64,000 nt of DNA from an uncultured bacterium (GTDB lineage: Bacteria; SAR324; NAC60-12): positions 14,988 to 78,987 of the forward strand of contig CAXGMD010000001.1 of the NCBI GenBank assembly GCA_964010765.1. Direction: 5' to 3'. Within the stretch, counting starts at the first letter, position 1; each line of letters starts with the position of its first letter. This document shows positions 41,397-51,329 of the stretch, in pieces. Under the pieces are notes generated by a model. The model saw nothing but the letters and a program-made list of their open reading frames with translations. It had not been told where the DNA came from and did not search any database. Position numbers and translations under genes: made by a program.

Positions 41397-42524
41397 ATGA
41401 AGCAATTGAATAAAACAGACGTTGCGGTTGTTGGTGGGGGTATCATGGGTTTAGCCTTTGCCCTAGAAGCTATACGACGACAAAAAAAAGTTACTGTATT
41501 TGAAAGAAATCCAAGTGCTAGAGGAGCCTCTGTTCGAAATTTTGGGATGATCTATCCCCTAGGCATGAGACCAGGAAAAATCTTTGAAAGAGCACTGCGA
41601 ACTCGCAATCTTTGGTTGGAGTTGGGCCAAAGCGCGAAGTTTTGGTTCAATCCCTGTGGTTCTTTATTGGTGGCTCGTTCCAAAGAGGAAATTGTAGTTT
41701 TGGAGGAATTCGTTTCTTCAAGACAAGACATCAAGGGGCTGCGTCTGCTGACTCTTAAAGAGGCTCTGAAGAAAAGTCCTGGTTTGGTTCAGGATGGGTT
41801 ACTTGGTGCTCTTTGGAGTGAATCAGAAATCTGTGTTGATCCCCAGGATGCAATCCAAAAGATTTCTCTTTGGCTCGAGAATTGTGGTGTCAATTTCAAA
41901 AATTCAACGACAGTGACAGTTGTTGAATCTGGTCAACTGATTGCGAATGGAGAACAGTGGTACGCTGAACAGATCATTATCTGTTCAGGGTCAGATCTAC
42001 AAACACTCTTTCCTAATGAATTTCGTAATAGCGGGTTGGTAAATTGCCAACTACAAATGTTTCGTACGAATGCACAGCCTTGTAGTTGGCTCTTAGGCCC
42101 TATGTTGGCCTCAGGATTGTCCCTACTGCATTATCCAGCTTTTACTGCTTTAAAGTCTTACCAAACGTTGAAGGATCGTTTAACCAAGGAACATCCAAAA
42201 TTGCTGGAACTTGGAATCCATGTTTTGGTTTCTCAACACAGTCATGGAAGAATCACAGTTGGTGACTCCCATGAATATGGAGACACCCCAGCCATCTTTT
42301 ATCAAAAAGAAATTGAGGGCCTAATTAGGAACTATCTTAGCAGTTTTCTAACTTTGCCCGATGCACAGGTTTCAGAACGCTGGTTGGGCAATTATGTTAG
42401 CCACCCCTCTGGAGAACCCTGGATTTATAAGCCAACTGATGGAGTAATGCTTGTCAATGGGATTGGGGGAGTCGGTATGACAACCGGTTTTGGTCTCGCA
42501 CAAGAAATTTTGCCAGAATGTTAA
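41397..42524 (+). CDS. FAD-dependent oxidoreductase, DAO family
   Basis: N-terminal dinucleotide-binding motif VAVVGGGIMGLAFA; 375 aa; upstream of hisD. Confidence 0.75.
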   Translation: MKQLNKTDVAVVGGGIMGLAFALEAIRRQKKVTVFERNPSARGASVRNFGMIYPLGMRPGKIFERALRTRNLWLELGQSAKFWFNPCGSLLVARSKEEIVVLEEFVSSRQDIKGLRLLTLKEALKKSPGLVQDGLLGALWSESEICVDPQDAIQKISLWLENCGVNFKNSTTVTVVESGQLIANGEQWYAEQIIICSGSDLQTLFPNEFRNSGLVNCQLQMFRTNAQPCSWLLGPMLASGLSLLHYPAFTALKSYQTLKDRLTKEHPKLLELGIHVLVSQHSHGRITVGDSHEYGDTPAIFYQKEIEGLIRNYLSSFLTLPDAQVSERWLGNYVSHPSGEPWIYKPTDGVMLVNGIGGVGMTTGFGLAQEILPEC

Positions 42525-42611
42525 TTCAAATTTGCTTCACCTTGAACTTGTTGGGATCTCCAGAGAAAATTTTCTGAACACAATCAACCTCCTTTTGTAA
42601 ATCATCTTGGT

Positions 42612-43904
42612 TTGACTGAAATGAAAGTAGCCATCTACAACAACCTCACAGACTTTCAACAAGCGACACCTCCAGAATTTTCTGACGAAATCAGTAATAG
42701 CGTTCGTGAAATTATTGGCCAGGTGAGGGCTCAGGGTGACAAAGCTCTGAAAGATTTGACTAGCCGGTTCGATGGTGTCTCGCTGGATCAAATTCCTGTA
42801 CCAACTGAATATCTAAAAGGCTGTCTAGAAAAAATGGATAAGCATCTTCGTTCGGTCTTAGAAGAGGCTGCAGATAATATTCGTCGTTTTCACCAAAGAC
42901 AAAAGCAGCAGAGTCAGATGGAATTTGAGCCAGACGGGACTCTGCTAGGTTGGAAGGTCACTCCTGTTGATGCCGCAGGTGTTTATGTGCCGGGTGGGAG
43001 AGCGGTCTATCCTTCAACACTGCTAATGAACGTTATCCCGGCTCAGGTTGCTGGAGTGCCCAGACTGGTCATGGTGTCTCCTCCAAATCGAGAAACGGGC
43101 TTTCCCCATCATTTGGTTTGTGGGGCAGCCGCCTTGGTGGGCGTAGAGGAAATCTATGCAGTTGGCGGAGCACAATCTGTTGCTGCGCTTGCCTACGGTA
43201 CAGAGTCCATCTCAAAAGTTGTCAAAATAACTGGACCTGGAAACGCATACGTTGCCGAGGCAAAAAGACAGGTATACGGTCTTGTAGGGATCGATTCGAT
43301 TGCCGGCCCTAGCGAAATCATGGTGGTCTGTGACCGAGAGGACATTCCAGTAGAATTCTTGGTGAGAGATCTACTCTCCCAAGCTGAACACGATCCAGAT
43401 GCAGGTGCGGTACTGGTCACAACATCTCGAAGCCAAGCAGAGGCAGTTGCAAAAAGATTGGAAGAATTGATCCCATCCTTACCCAGAAAGGAAATTCTCG
43501 AAGAATCATTCCGACAAAGATCCGGGATCATTGTGGCTAAAAATCTAGAGGAGATCTTTGACGCTATCAACGAGATTGCTCCCGAACATTTAGAAGTGCT
43601 GACTCAAAACCCTATGGAGGATTTACATCGTATTCGTAACGCAGGGGCAATTTTCTTGGGTCCTCACACTCCTGAACCTGTGGGTGATTATTTTGCTGGA
43701 CCGAACCATACGCTTCCTACTTCCGGTGCTGCCCGCTTTGCGTCGCCTCTTGGTGTCTCAGATTTTGTAAAAACGAGTTCAATCCTCTCTTATTCCAAGA
43801 CAAAGCTCCAACAACAAGGTCCCTCTGTAATGCGATTTGCTCAAGAAGAAGAGTTATTTGCACATGCAGAAGCTATCCGGGTTCGTTTGGAAAGTAGTTT
43901 TTGA
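42612..43904 (+). CDS. hisD: Histidinol dehydrogenase
   Basis: Conserved HisD blocks (GGAQSVAALAYGTESI, IDSIAGPSEI, SQAEHD, HLEVLT). Confidence 0.95.
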   Translation: MTEMKVAIYNNLTDFQQATPPEFSDEISNSVREIIGQVRAQGDKALKDLTSRFDGVSLDQIPVPTEYLKGCLEKMDKHLRSVLEEAADNIRRFHQRQKQQSQMEFEPDGTLLGWKVTPVDAAGVYVPGGRAVYPSTLLMNVIPAQVAGVPRLVMVSPPNRETGFPHHLVCGAAALVGVEEIYAVGGAQSVAALAYGTESISKVVKITGPGNAYVAEAKRQVYGLVGIDSIAGPSEIMVVCDREDIPVEFLVRDLLSQAEHDPDAGAVLVTTSRSQAEAVAKRLEELIPSLPRKEILEESFRQRSGIIVAKNLEEIFDAINEIAPEHLEVLTQNPMEDLHRIRNAGAIFLGPHTPEPVGDYFAGPNHTLPTSGAARFASPLGVSDFVKTSSILSYSKTKLQQQGPSVMRFAQEEELFAHAEAIRVRLESSF

Positions 43905-44150
43905 TGTGAATCCTTCCAGAATTTTTTCATCTCAATCCAATCTGCTCTCTTTTCTCTTCTTCTCAGCCTCCTCTCTGCGTAGGTTATTCTGGATCATTTG
44001 ATTTTCTTACTTAGAACGTATTATTTTAGTAAAATTATTCTGTAATAATTGTAAAATACAGAAATTTATGTAAGGTCTATTATAACTTAAGAAAGTAGAT
44101 AGTTTTTATTTAAGTCAAATATTATATAAGAATCTTACAAAAAAATTTAC

Positions 44151-44897
44151 GTGGAAAGAAAAAAATTATTACTGCTTGAAGAGAGTTCAGAGACAGCAAA
44201 AAAATTGATGCCTTCTCTGAATACCAAATTTGAAGTGACTTGGGTTAGTGGTGGACTTGATGCGATGTTGCTATTCGGGTATCAAAACTACCAAGTCTTG
44301 ATTCTCGAGACAAATCTGCCTGATACTGATGGTTTGCAGGTGATTCGTACCATCCGAAAGTATGGATTTACGTTACCAATAATTATATTGAGCGAACGAG
44401 AAACTGCTCAGGACAGGATAGTTGGTCTGCAAGCTGGTGCTGATGACTACCTTACTAAACCGGTTTCTTTGCAAGAGTTGATGTTGCGGCTGGAAATTCT
44501 TATAAGGAGAATAGGACTCTCAGAAGAATCTGCAAAGGGTTGCGTGCTTAGAGAAATAAACTTTCCTTCATCAGAGTTGCGTGTTGGTGATGTGATAATT
44601 CATCGTACAAATCGAACAGTGAAGCGAGCCGGATCCTCCATTGAATTAAGGAAAAAAGAATTCGAACTTCTAGAATTGTTAATGGAGCATCCTAATGAGG
44701 TGATGAGTAAGCAACGAATTATGGACACACTTTGGGGACATGGACTGGATGCAAATGAATCGAGAGTCATTGACAATCACTTGTGCCGATTACGAGCGAA
44801 ACTTGATAAAGGATATGAGAAGAAGTATATCAGCACCAAGCGAGGAGCGGGCTATACGTTTGTAAATCAAGAAGATGAGAAAAGAGTTATTATGTAA
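44151..44897 (+). CDS. OmpR-family response regulator with Glu replacing the phospho-acceptor Asp and both acidic-pocket Asp residues (atypical, probably phosphorylation-independent)
   Basis: Receiver aligned to E. coli OmpR by eye: ILVVDDD becomes LLLLEES, LMVLDLMLPGEDG becomes VLILETNLPDTDG, and the conserved S/T and K (YLTKP) are retained. Followed by a winged-helix output domain (RLRAKLDKGY...GAGYTF). Flanked by AT-rich spacers. Confidence 0.8.
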   Translation: MERKKLLLLEESSETAKKLMPSLNTKFEVTWVSGGLDAMLLFGYQNYQVLILETNLPDTDGLQVIRTIRKYGFTLPIIILSERETAQDRIVGLQAGADDYLTKPVSLQELMLRLEILIRRIGLSEESAKGCVLREINFPSSELRVGDVIIHRTNRTVKRAGSSIELRKKEFELLELLMEHPNEVMSKQRIMDTLWGHGLDANESRVIDNHLCRLRAKLDKGYEKKYISTKRGAGYTFVNQEDEKRVIM

Positions 44898-44971
44898 AAA
44901 ATTGATTAAATAAAAAATAAATTTTTAAAAATTTTTCTGAAATTTTGATTTCAAAAGTCCACTAAGATTAC

Positions 44972-46210
44972 TCAGAGTGTTCTTTGATATGTAACATTTC
45001 CACCATCCCAAAAATCATTGGCAAAGTTATCTAGATTCCAAGTACTCGTAAACATCAAAGCACCTCCACCCACATAATCATTTCGGACTTCCCAACTAAT
45101 TCGTAATTTGCCTTCGGGTCCTCTATCCTCTTCTTTCGAAAAATCATTTAAGTTGATGATCGATTTATCTACCTGACCCAAGTAAATTCCAGTTTCCCAA
45201 GCGGTTTCATTGCCCAGGAGTTGACGCATAGAACCAAACCATTGATAGGAATAAATAGTATTCTCTTCGCTTTCGTTTACTGCATTTAGCTGAAGTAAAT
45301 GATGCCGAAACATGTCGTATCGTAAACCGGCATTCAAATACCAATCTTGAGCTAGAGGACCATCAGCTTGCAGTATTTGTTGCGACCAACTTGCCTCCTG
45401 ATAGCGATGATCAGATGGATCAGGAGAAATAGTCACTTCTCGATATTTTTCAGAACGAAATTTTTTCCATTGCCATCCGAGTGTCCAATCAGGATTCCAC
45501 TGATGCTCAATAAGTAGTTGTTGCTGTGTCTCTTCATGTGAGAAATTCAGGGCTAGGGTTGGATCCAGTAATTTCATGGGTAGTGATTCAGTCCATTTAA
45601 ATCCAAATTCCCAATCATCCCCAAGCCAAGTGCCTTCAACTTGGTTTTCAATTGGATGGGGGTCTTGAGTTGATTGATCATAAAGATTTTTCTCGTTATA
45701 AAATAAGTTTTGTCGCAGTTGATGTAGTCTAAGGAAGCTCTCCTGACGGTCTCCAAGGGTGATGAAGGCCCCGTAGTCTGCATTTCGTTTGTCAAATTGA
45801 GGTTGCCCGGCAATTCCAAGTGTGACTTTAGAACTCGCCTGCCAGCCCACCTCGATTTCAAAATTTAGTGGTTTTCTCTCATAAAACTCTTCATGGTCCA
45901 TTCTGACACTAGCGCTGAATCCTCGACTCAGTTGTTCAATTAATTTCAACTGGAATTTCAAAAAGAGTAGGTCCAGTCCAAGGCTACCCCCAGTCATACG
46001 CCAACCTTGTTCAGCTCGACGCCATTTTCGATCTTGTGCTGCACTAAATAAATATGACTGGATGTCGAGAAAATTTTCTCGATTTAAGTGAAAGGCATCT
46101 ACATTTGTAGCTCCATCGAAAGCATGTAGATCTTTGGAAATGCCACTCAAGAAAATTAGGAGAAAAAAAGAGAGGAGAAGCTGGCTTGGATTGGTTCGTC
46201 GAATTTCCAT
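44972..46210 (-). CDS. putative outer-membrane beta-barrel protein
   Basis: Signal peptide; Trp/Tyr/Asn/Gly-rich alternating pattern. Confidence 0.45.
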   Translation of the reverse strand: MEIRRTNPSQLLLSFFLLIFLSGISKDLHAFDGATNVDAFHLNRENFLDIQSYLFSAAQDRKWRRAEQGWRMTGGSLGLDLLFLKFQLKLIEQLSRGFSASVRMDHEEFYERKPLNFEIEVGWQASSKVTLGIAGQPQFDKRNADYGAFITLGDRQESFLRLHQLRQNLFYNEKNLYDQSTQDPHPIENQVEGTWLGDDWEFGFKWTESLPMKLLDPTLALNFSHEETQQQLLIEHQWNPDWTLGWQWKKFRSEKYREVTISPDPSDHRYQEASWSQQILQADGPLAQDWYLNAGLRYDMFRHHLLQLNAVNESEENTIYSYQWFGSMRQLLGNETAWETGIYLGQVDKSIINLNDFSKEEDRGPEGKLRISWEVRNDYVGGGALMFTSTWNLDNFANDFWDGGNVTYQRTL

Positions 46211-46216
46211 GGGTAC

Positions 46217-46609
46217 CTAAACCAGATAGAGTGATAGGGCTGCAAAAAATCCGATGGACCAGAACAGTGAACGTAGCAAGTCTTTGTTTGTTACATAGGC
46301 CCATCCGTAGAAAAAGCGAGCCACAACATGCAAGGCTGCCAATGAGTTTATCCATAAAAAATGACTTGGCTCGCCCCACAAATGGGCGACGATGACACCA
46401 CATGCAAAAAACGGATAGGACTCAAAGGAATTGTCTTGAGCGGCATAGGCTCTCCTGCGGTATCCAGTCAGTGAAGCGCGAAATGTTCTGGGCTCACGAT
46501 TCTCATGGCGACTGTAAACTCCATATTTTGCAACACCGGTGAGGACAAAAGGCAAAATGCCCGCAATGATCAGAAAATAATAAGAATAATCCGTTGACGA
46601 GAAATCCAT
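46217..46609 (-). CDS. MAPEG-family membrane protein (probable)
   Basis: About 130 aa with 3-4 TM helices and a YRR.Y...NSFESYPFF pattern reminiscent of MAPEG; ATG at 46609 is the likely start, not the TTG at 46624. Confidence 0.5.
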   Translation of the reverse strand: MDFSSTDYSYYFLIIAGILPFVLTGVAKYGVYSRHENREPRTFRASLTGYRRRAYAAQDNSFESYPFFACGVIVAHLWGEPSHFLWINSLAALHVVARFFYGWAYVTNKDLLRSLFWSIGFFAALSLYLV

Positions 46610-46624
46610 TAGAATTACAAACAA

Positions 46625-47632
46625 TTGAATTGGTTAAAAAATGAAGAAAGTGGAGCAATACATGGAGCAGCTGTGGCCGATGCAGCAAGCCGCCCTCTTC
46701 ACTGGATTTATGATCGTGAGAAGATGGAATCACTCTTAAAAAAAGTATTTCAGCCAGAGTTTTGGCCAACCAGTGAATCCCCATTCTACACACTTCCAAC
46801 TGGTGCGCACAGCTCTTACTTTGATACCACAGTCGTGATGCTCAGAGCCCTTGGAGAGAACGGTGGTAATTTTAATCCTTCCATTTTCTTGAAAAAAGCC
46901 GAGGAACATTTTGGATTGAATTCCGCTTACGAAGACTCATTTCAAGACTGAAAGAAGCGGTATGCTGACGCGAAAAGGGATGAAAAAACACCTGGACCAA
47001 TTAATGGGCCTTGGCGGAATGGTTTGATGACCAAAATGTTGGAGAATCACCGATTAACGGGTCAGATCCCTTTGGGACCTGAAGACGCCTCTGAGTTGGA
47101 TGCCTTCTGCGCAGCATTCCCTGTTTTGTTGATTGAATCCAGCGAAGAATCTTTGGAAAAATCAAACTCAGCTTTGAAGCTGCTAGCTAATAGCGAAACC
47201 TGTAGCGACCATGCTTTGGTGACAGGAACACTGCTGAAATGGGCGATTGATGCTGAATCTGAGCCTGTCAACAAACTTTTGACTGATTATCCAAAGCTGT
47301 TTTCGCAAAAGGTGAAAGAGGAAATCGAATTGATCGTTGAGAATCTTGATGAAGACAATACAGATTTTGTTGAGCGAATTGGCAAAGCGTGTCCTTTTCC
47401 TGGGACCTTCCAAGGAGCAATGCACGCTGTTTTGAAAGGTGAATCTTTCATTGAATCCGTCAGGATGACTATCCGAGCGGGAGGATGTAATTGTTCAAGA
47501 GCTATTCAGGTTGGGGCAATCTGTGGTGCTTTGTCAGGGGAAGAGGCCATACCGCAAGATCGGATACAGCAGACCCATTCCTCCAGTGAGTTAAAACATC
47601 TTCTGAATGATTTGTTGGCCAGTAAAGATTGA
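46625..47632 (+). pseudogene. ADP-ribosylglycohydrolase-family gene interrupted by an in-frame TGA (46949-46951); pseudogene or recoded
   Basis: ORFs 46625-46951 and 47024-47632 share one frame and are separated only by TGA. The N-terminal GAIHGAAVADAASRPLHW aligns to the ARH motif GxxxGxAxGDAxGxPxEF. The C-terminal AGGCNCSRAIQVGAICGALSG aligns to GGDTDT..AIAGALAGA with the Asp residues lost. TTG start, no Shine-Dalgarno, and no convincing hairpin after the TGA. Confidence 0.55.
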
Positions 47633-48108
47633 GGATGATGCAAAAATTTGGTTCCTTACCCTTCTTGCTTTTAACGATACTGGTTTTGGTATCCTACATT
47701 TTGTTTCGATAGGCAGATCATCCGCTTACTGGGTGTTGTTACAGCTTTTCAACACTTGGAGTCTCTATTTGATTCAGGTCGACAAGCTATTAATTGCTTC
47801 AAAAATTCAAAGTGATTCCAAAAAATTGGGGTGAATTTAGTTGATTAATCAAAAATCATCTCTGTTATCCTTTGCTTGCAAAATCTAAGGAAGCAATTAT
47901 TGTTTCAAAGGTTCCTGTCCGTCAGAGTTACGATAGTTCCGATAAGCACATCTCCCAGCTTGGAAAATCACCAAGTTTCTACTAAATTGCTCAGCATTCA
48001 GGAAGGTTACAAAATTTTTTATTGGACTGATTTTAGCATTCCAACGTAAACAAATTTTTTTGAACCATATCAATTAAAAAGTTCCTGAAAAACTGAATAA
48101 GGACTGTA

Positions 48109-48978
48109 ATGGCAGAAAACGATGATGATCTCAGCTTAGACGGTTTCGATACGGATGATGATAGTTTGAGCTTTGACGATATGGACTTAGACTCGGGAAT
48201 GTCTGAGGTTTCAGAAATTGGTTTCGATGACGAGTCTACAGAAGCCAGCAGTGATTCAGATGAGTTTGAAAGTCTTGGTACGGATGATTCTGGCGATTCA
48301 GATGATGAGTTATTGGAAGCTCTGAGTGAGGATGCACCTGTTGATGAGCCTGAAACGGTCAGTGCCGATGCAGAGATGCAGTTTGATGTTGATGGTTCGG
48401 CAGATGATCTTCAAGAAATGTCGATGGATACAGAACCAGTTGGCGGAGGGGATGAGTCCGAATCAACTGCTGAGGTTGAAAATGACTCGGAAGAAGACCC
48501 ATTTGCTGAACACTTGAATGAAGATGAGCCAAGTTTCTCCCCTGAAATTGAAGAGGATGATGAGGCCGACCCTTTCCTGACCAGTTCGGATCCAGTTGAA
48601 TCAGAGTCTGAGGAGACTGTTGAATCTGAGTCAGAAGAAACTATTTTAGAAGAGGTACCACCGGTTGTCGCCGCAGCCGCGGGCATTGCCGCAGTTGGTA
48701 TCGTCGCTGAAAACTCTGCGCAAGTAATTGGAGAAATGTCTGTGGGAACAGAACTTTTGATGAATGTCCACCATGAGGCCACTGTTGAAATTGCACGAAC
48801 ACGGTTGACTGGTGAGGAAATTACCCAACTGACTCACGGCAGCGTGATTGAACTAGATAAAGCAGCTGGAGAGCCGGTTGATATCGTACTTAATGGCAAA
48901 CTGGTTGCGCACGGTGAGATTGTGGTGATTAATCGGGAGAAATTGGGAGTACGTGTAATTGGTATCCACCAAGGATAA
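48109..48978 (+). CDS. fliN: Flagellar motor switch protein FliN-like (SpoA domain) with ~180-aa poly-acidic N-terminal extension
   Basis: C-terminal ~90 aa match the FliN/SpoA domain (LTHGSVIELDKAAGEPVDIVLNGKLVAHGEIVVINREKLGVRVI); N-terminal 180 aa are D/E/S-rich with internal SESEET repeats. Confidence 0.75.
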   Translation: MAENDDDLSLDGFDTDDDSLSFDDMDLDSGMSEVSEIGFDDESTEASSDSDEFESLGTDDSGDSDDELLEALSEDAPVDEPETVSADAEMQFDVDGSADDLQEMSMDTEPVGGGDESESTAEVENDSEEDPFAEHLNEDEPSFSPEIEEDDEADPFLTSSDPVESESEETVESESEETILEEVPPVVAAAAGIAAVGIVAENSAQVIGEMSVGTELLMNVHHEATVEIARTRLTGEEITQLTHGSVIELDKAAGEPVDIVLNGKLVAHGEIVVINREKLGVRVIGIHQG

Positions 48979-48986
48979 GGAGCTTT

Positions 48987-49955
48987 TTGATGTTGTACTC
49001 ACCAGAAGAATTGCCAGAAGAGATAGAAGACTTTTCTCTCGCCGAAGCCGAAATCCACGTTGGTCGCTTTCGCTGGCTTGATGTCGTAATGCGTCGATGG
49101 GCAAACCAGTTAGAAAGTACCTTATTCGATCACCTCCACTCAGTTTTTGAAATTGAAGCTGAAACAGTCATCTGGACCAGATTTAGTGACGTACTCAAAA
49201 TGCTGGGTGATCAACCCATGTACATTTTTGAGTCAGACCAAAAGGGTAAGGGGCTTCTAATTCTGGACAACGCGATTGCCCAAGCCTGTATCGATCGAGA
49301 TCCGGATGCACTTGAAAACACAGTTCCCTTAGATGTGACTGAGTTAAACTCTGAGACGCAAAAGTCATTGTTTGATATCGTTTCTCAGATTGTTGCTGAC
49401 TTGGAAGGCTGCTGGTTCAATATTGGTGAATTGCCACTGCACCTAAAGCGGATCACGACCCACCCAATGCGCGCTAAGGTGATGCTTCCTTTCGAACGTT
49501 GCCTTCTGGGAACCCTTCGTTTCCGCTCGGAAGGATTTGAGAGTTATCTGATCATCTGTATTCCCTATTCTGTTGTTCATCCACTGCTATCTAAACTAGA
49601 TGATAGAAGAGTGCTGCCTCCAGAATCCATGGATCATTTCCAGAAAGATGTTGAGGATCATTTTCAACAACTGCTAATGGATATGCGCTATGAGGTCAAA
49701 GCCGAGTTGGGTACAGTTGAATTAGGCGATAGGAGTGGGTTGTTGTTGAAAGTAGGACAGGTTCTCCCAATCTCTGTTCCATATTCAGGGAAAGCAGTTG
49801 TCAAAATCAATGACTTGCCAATGATGATTGGAGAAGCTGGTAATTCGAATGGTAAATTTAGTGTGCAGGTCACAGACGACTTTGATACTTTGAAACAGAC
49901 TACACAGAGTACCCAGAAATCCTTCCAAAATCTGCACTGGGGCAATAAAAGCTAG
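48987..49955 (+). CDS. fliM: Flagellar motor switch protein FliM-like
   Basis: Size and layout of FliM: middle domain with an LIICIPYSVVHPLLSKL (CIPY) motif and a C-terminal SpoA-like segment (VELGDRSGLLLKVGQVLPISVP...VVKINDLPMMIGEAG). Confidence 0.6.
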   Translation: MMLYSPEELPEEIEDFSLAEAEIHVGRFRWLDVVMRRWANQLESTLFDHLHSVFEIEAETVIWTRFSDVLKMLGDQPMYIFESDQKGKGLLILDNAIAQACIDRDPDALENTVPLDVTELNSETQKSLFDIVSQIVADLEGCWFNIGELPLHLKRITTHPMRAKVMLPFERCLLGTLRFRSEGFESYLIICIPYSVVHPLLSKLDDRRVLPPESMDHFQKDVEDHFQQLLMDMRYEVKAELGTVELGDRSGLLLKVGQVLPISVPYSGKAVVKINDLPMMIGEAGNSNGKFSVQVTDDFDTLKQTTQSTQKSFQNLHWGNKS

Positions 49956-49964
49956 GCTCAATTC

Positions 49965-51329
49965 TCAGAGCCAGTCTCCTACCTGAAAAGCAATTGTTAA
50001 ATAGATCCAAACACCAACCAAGTCGTTCATCGTCGTGATGAACGGCCCGATTGCTAGCGCAGGATCTATGTTTGCTCTCTTCAGCAGAATAGGAACTGCC
50101 GAACCTACCACAGCCGCAAAACAGAGAACAATTAGTAGTGAAACTGGAGTGGTCAGGGCCATCCCAGGATTCCAAGTCAATAAGAAGGTCATAAAACCAA
50201 GTACGATTGAACAGACAATTCCTAACAGAATTCCCACTCGAAGTTCTCTCCAAACCCTCACGATCAAGTCTCCAGTACCTATTGCTCCCGTAGCTAAGCC
50301 GCGAACAACAATAGATGACGACTGAATCCCAATATTCCCAGCCATGGCTGCAATAAGGGGCACAAAATACGTCACTTGGGGAATATCAATCAATGAATGT
50401 TCAAAACCTCTCATTACTAAAGCAGTTAGGCTGCCCCCTAGCATCCCAAGCATTAGCCAGGGTAAACGCTCACGAACAGTTTTAATCAGCGACACTTCTA
50501 AAACTTCCTCTCTCGCTGTCCCACTGATCTGTGCAATATCTTCCTGATGCTCCTCATAGATCACATCCACTAGGTCATCAATTGTGATTCTGCCAATCAA
50601 ACGGAGATATTTGTCAATCACAGGAACCACAACCAGGTCGTATTCCTTGGCAATGTGTACGACCTCTTCTTGATCCAAATCCACATCAACAGCGATCACA
50701 TCAGGATTCATCATTTCGCTGATGAGCGTTTGCCTCTTGGCAAGCAATAGCTGTGTGACGGCGACTGTTCCAATCAAATGTTGAAATTCATCAACAACAT
50801 AAACCGTATAGAATGGCTGCATCGAATTTTGCAGTTCAATATACTGACGGATGCTCCGAATGGCCTCGTCCACAGATTGCTCTTTTTGCACAGAAATCAC
50901 ATAGGGGTTCATTATCCCCCCGGCAGTATCCTGCGCGTATTGGAGAAGAGACGTGATTTCTTCTCTTTGGTGATCTGGCAGTAATTGAAGCACTTCGTCG
51001 GCTTGTTGGGCATCCATCAATCCAACAAAATCTGCCGCATCATCTTTTGGCATTTCGCCAACCCAGCCACCTAGTTGCTCCGGGGGTAACTCGGCAACGA
51101 GATCTGAAAGTGGAAGTGGGGTTGAACTCATTTCAGCTAAAACTTCTGATGCACGATCTTCGGGCAGTGTGGCGAGAATCTGAACTTGGTACTTAGTTTT
51201 TAACTGAAGCATTGCAGCGGCAATGTCAAAGGGGCTAAGATCCTTGAGCAGACTTTGCAAAAGGTCGTTTTTCTCACTTTGAATTAGGCTTTTAATTAAT
51301 CGGTGATATTGCCCACGCTGTTTTGCCAA
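49965..51329 (-). CDS. mgtE: Magnesium transporter MgtE
   Basis: MgtE N-domain, tandem CBS domains and C-terminal 5-TM channel domain. Confidence 0.9.
   Translation of the reverse strand: MAKQRGQYHRLIKSLIQSEKNDLLQSLLKDLSPFDIAAAMLQLKTKYQVQILATLPEDRASEVLAEMSSTPLPLSDLVAELPPEQLGGWVGEMPKDDAADFVGLMDAQQADEVLQLLPDHQREEITSLLQYAQDTAGGIMNPYVISVQKEQSVDEAIRSIRQYIELQNSMQPFYTVYVVDEFQHLIGTVAVTQLLLAKRQTLISEMMNPDVIAVDVDLDQEEVVHIAKEYDLVVVPVIDKYLRLIGRITIDDLVDVIYEEHQEDIAQISGTAREEVLEVSLIKTVRERLPWLMLGMLGGSLTALVMRGFEHSLIDIPQVTYFVPLIAAMAGNIGIQSSSIVVRGLATGAIGTGDLIVRVWRELRVGILLGIVCSIVLGFMTFLLTWNPGMALTTPVSLLIVLCFAAVVGSAVPILLKRANIDPALAIGPFITTMNDLVGVWIYLTIAFQVGDWL

Noticed and set aside
42537-42791. 84-aa minus-strand ORF between the DAO gene and hisD
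   Set aside because: It overlaps the hisD start region antisense, with no motifs
46210-46217. Possible read-through fusion of the MAPEG and outer-membrane protein ORFs (same frame, 6 nt apart)
   Set aside because: The intervening stop is TAG followed by a fresh ATG with a signal peptide, so these are simply two closely spaced genes
47939-47945. Sigma-28 (FliA) promoter upstream of fliN (CCGATAA box)
   Set aside because: The nearest TAAA-like -35 element lies about 25 nt away instead of the 11 nt expected, and the box is 164 nt from the start codon, so it is too weak to call
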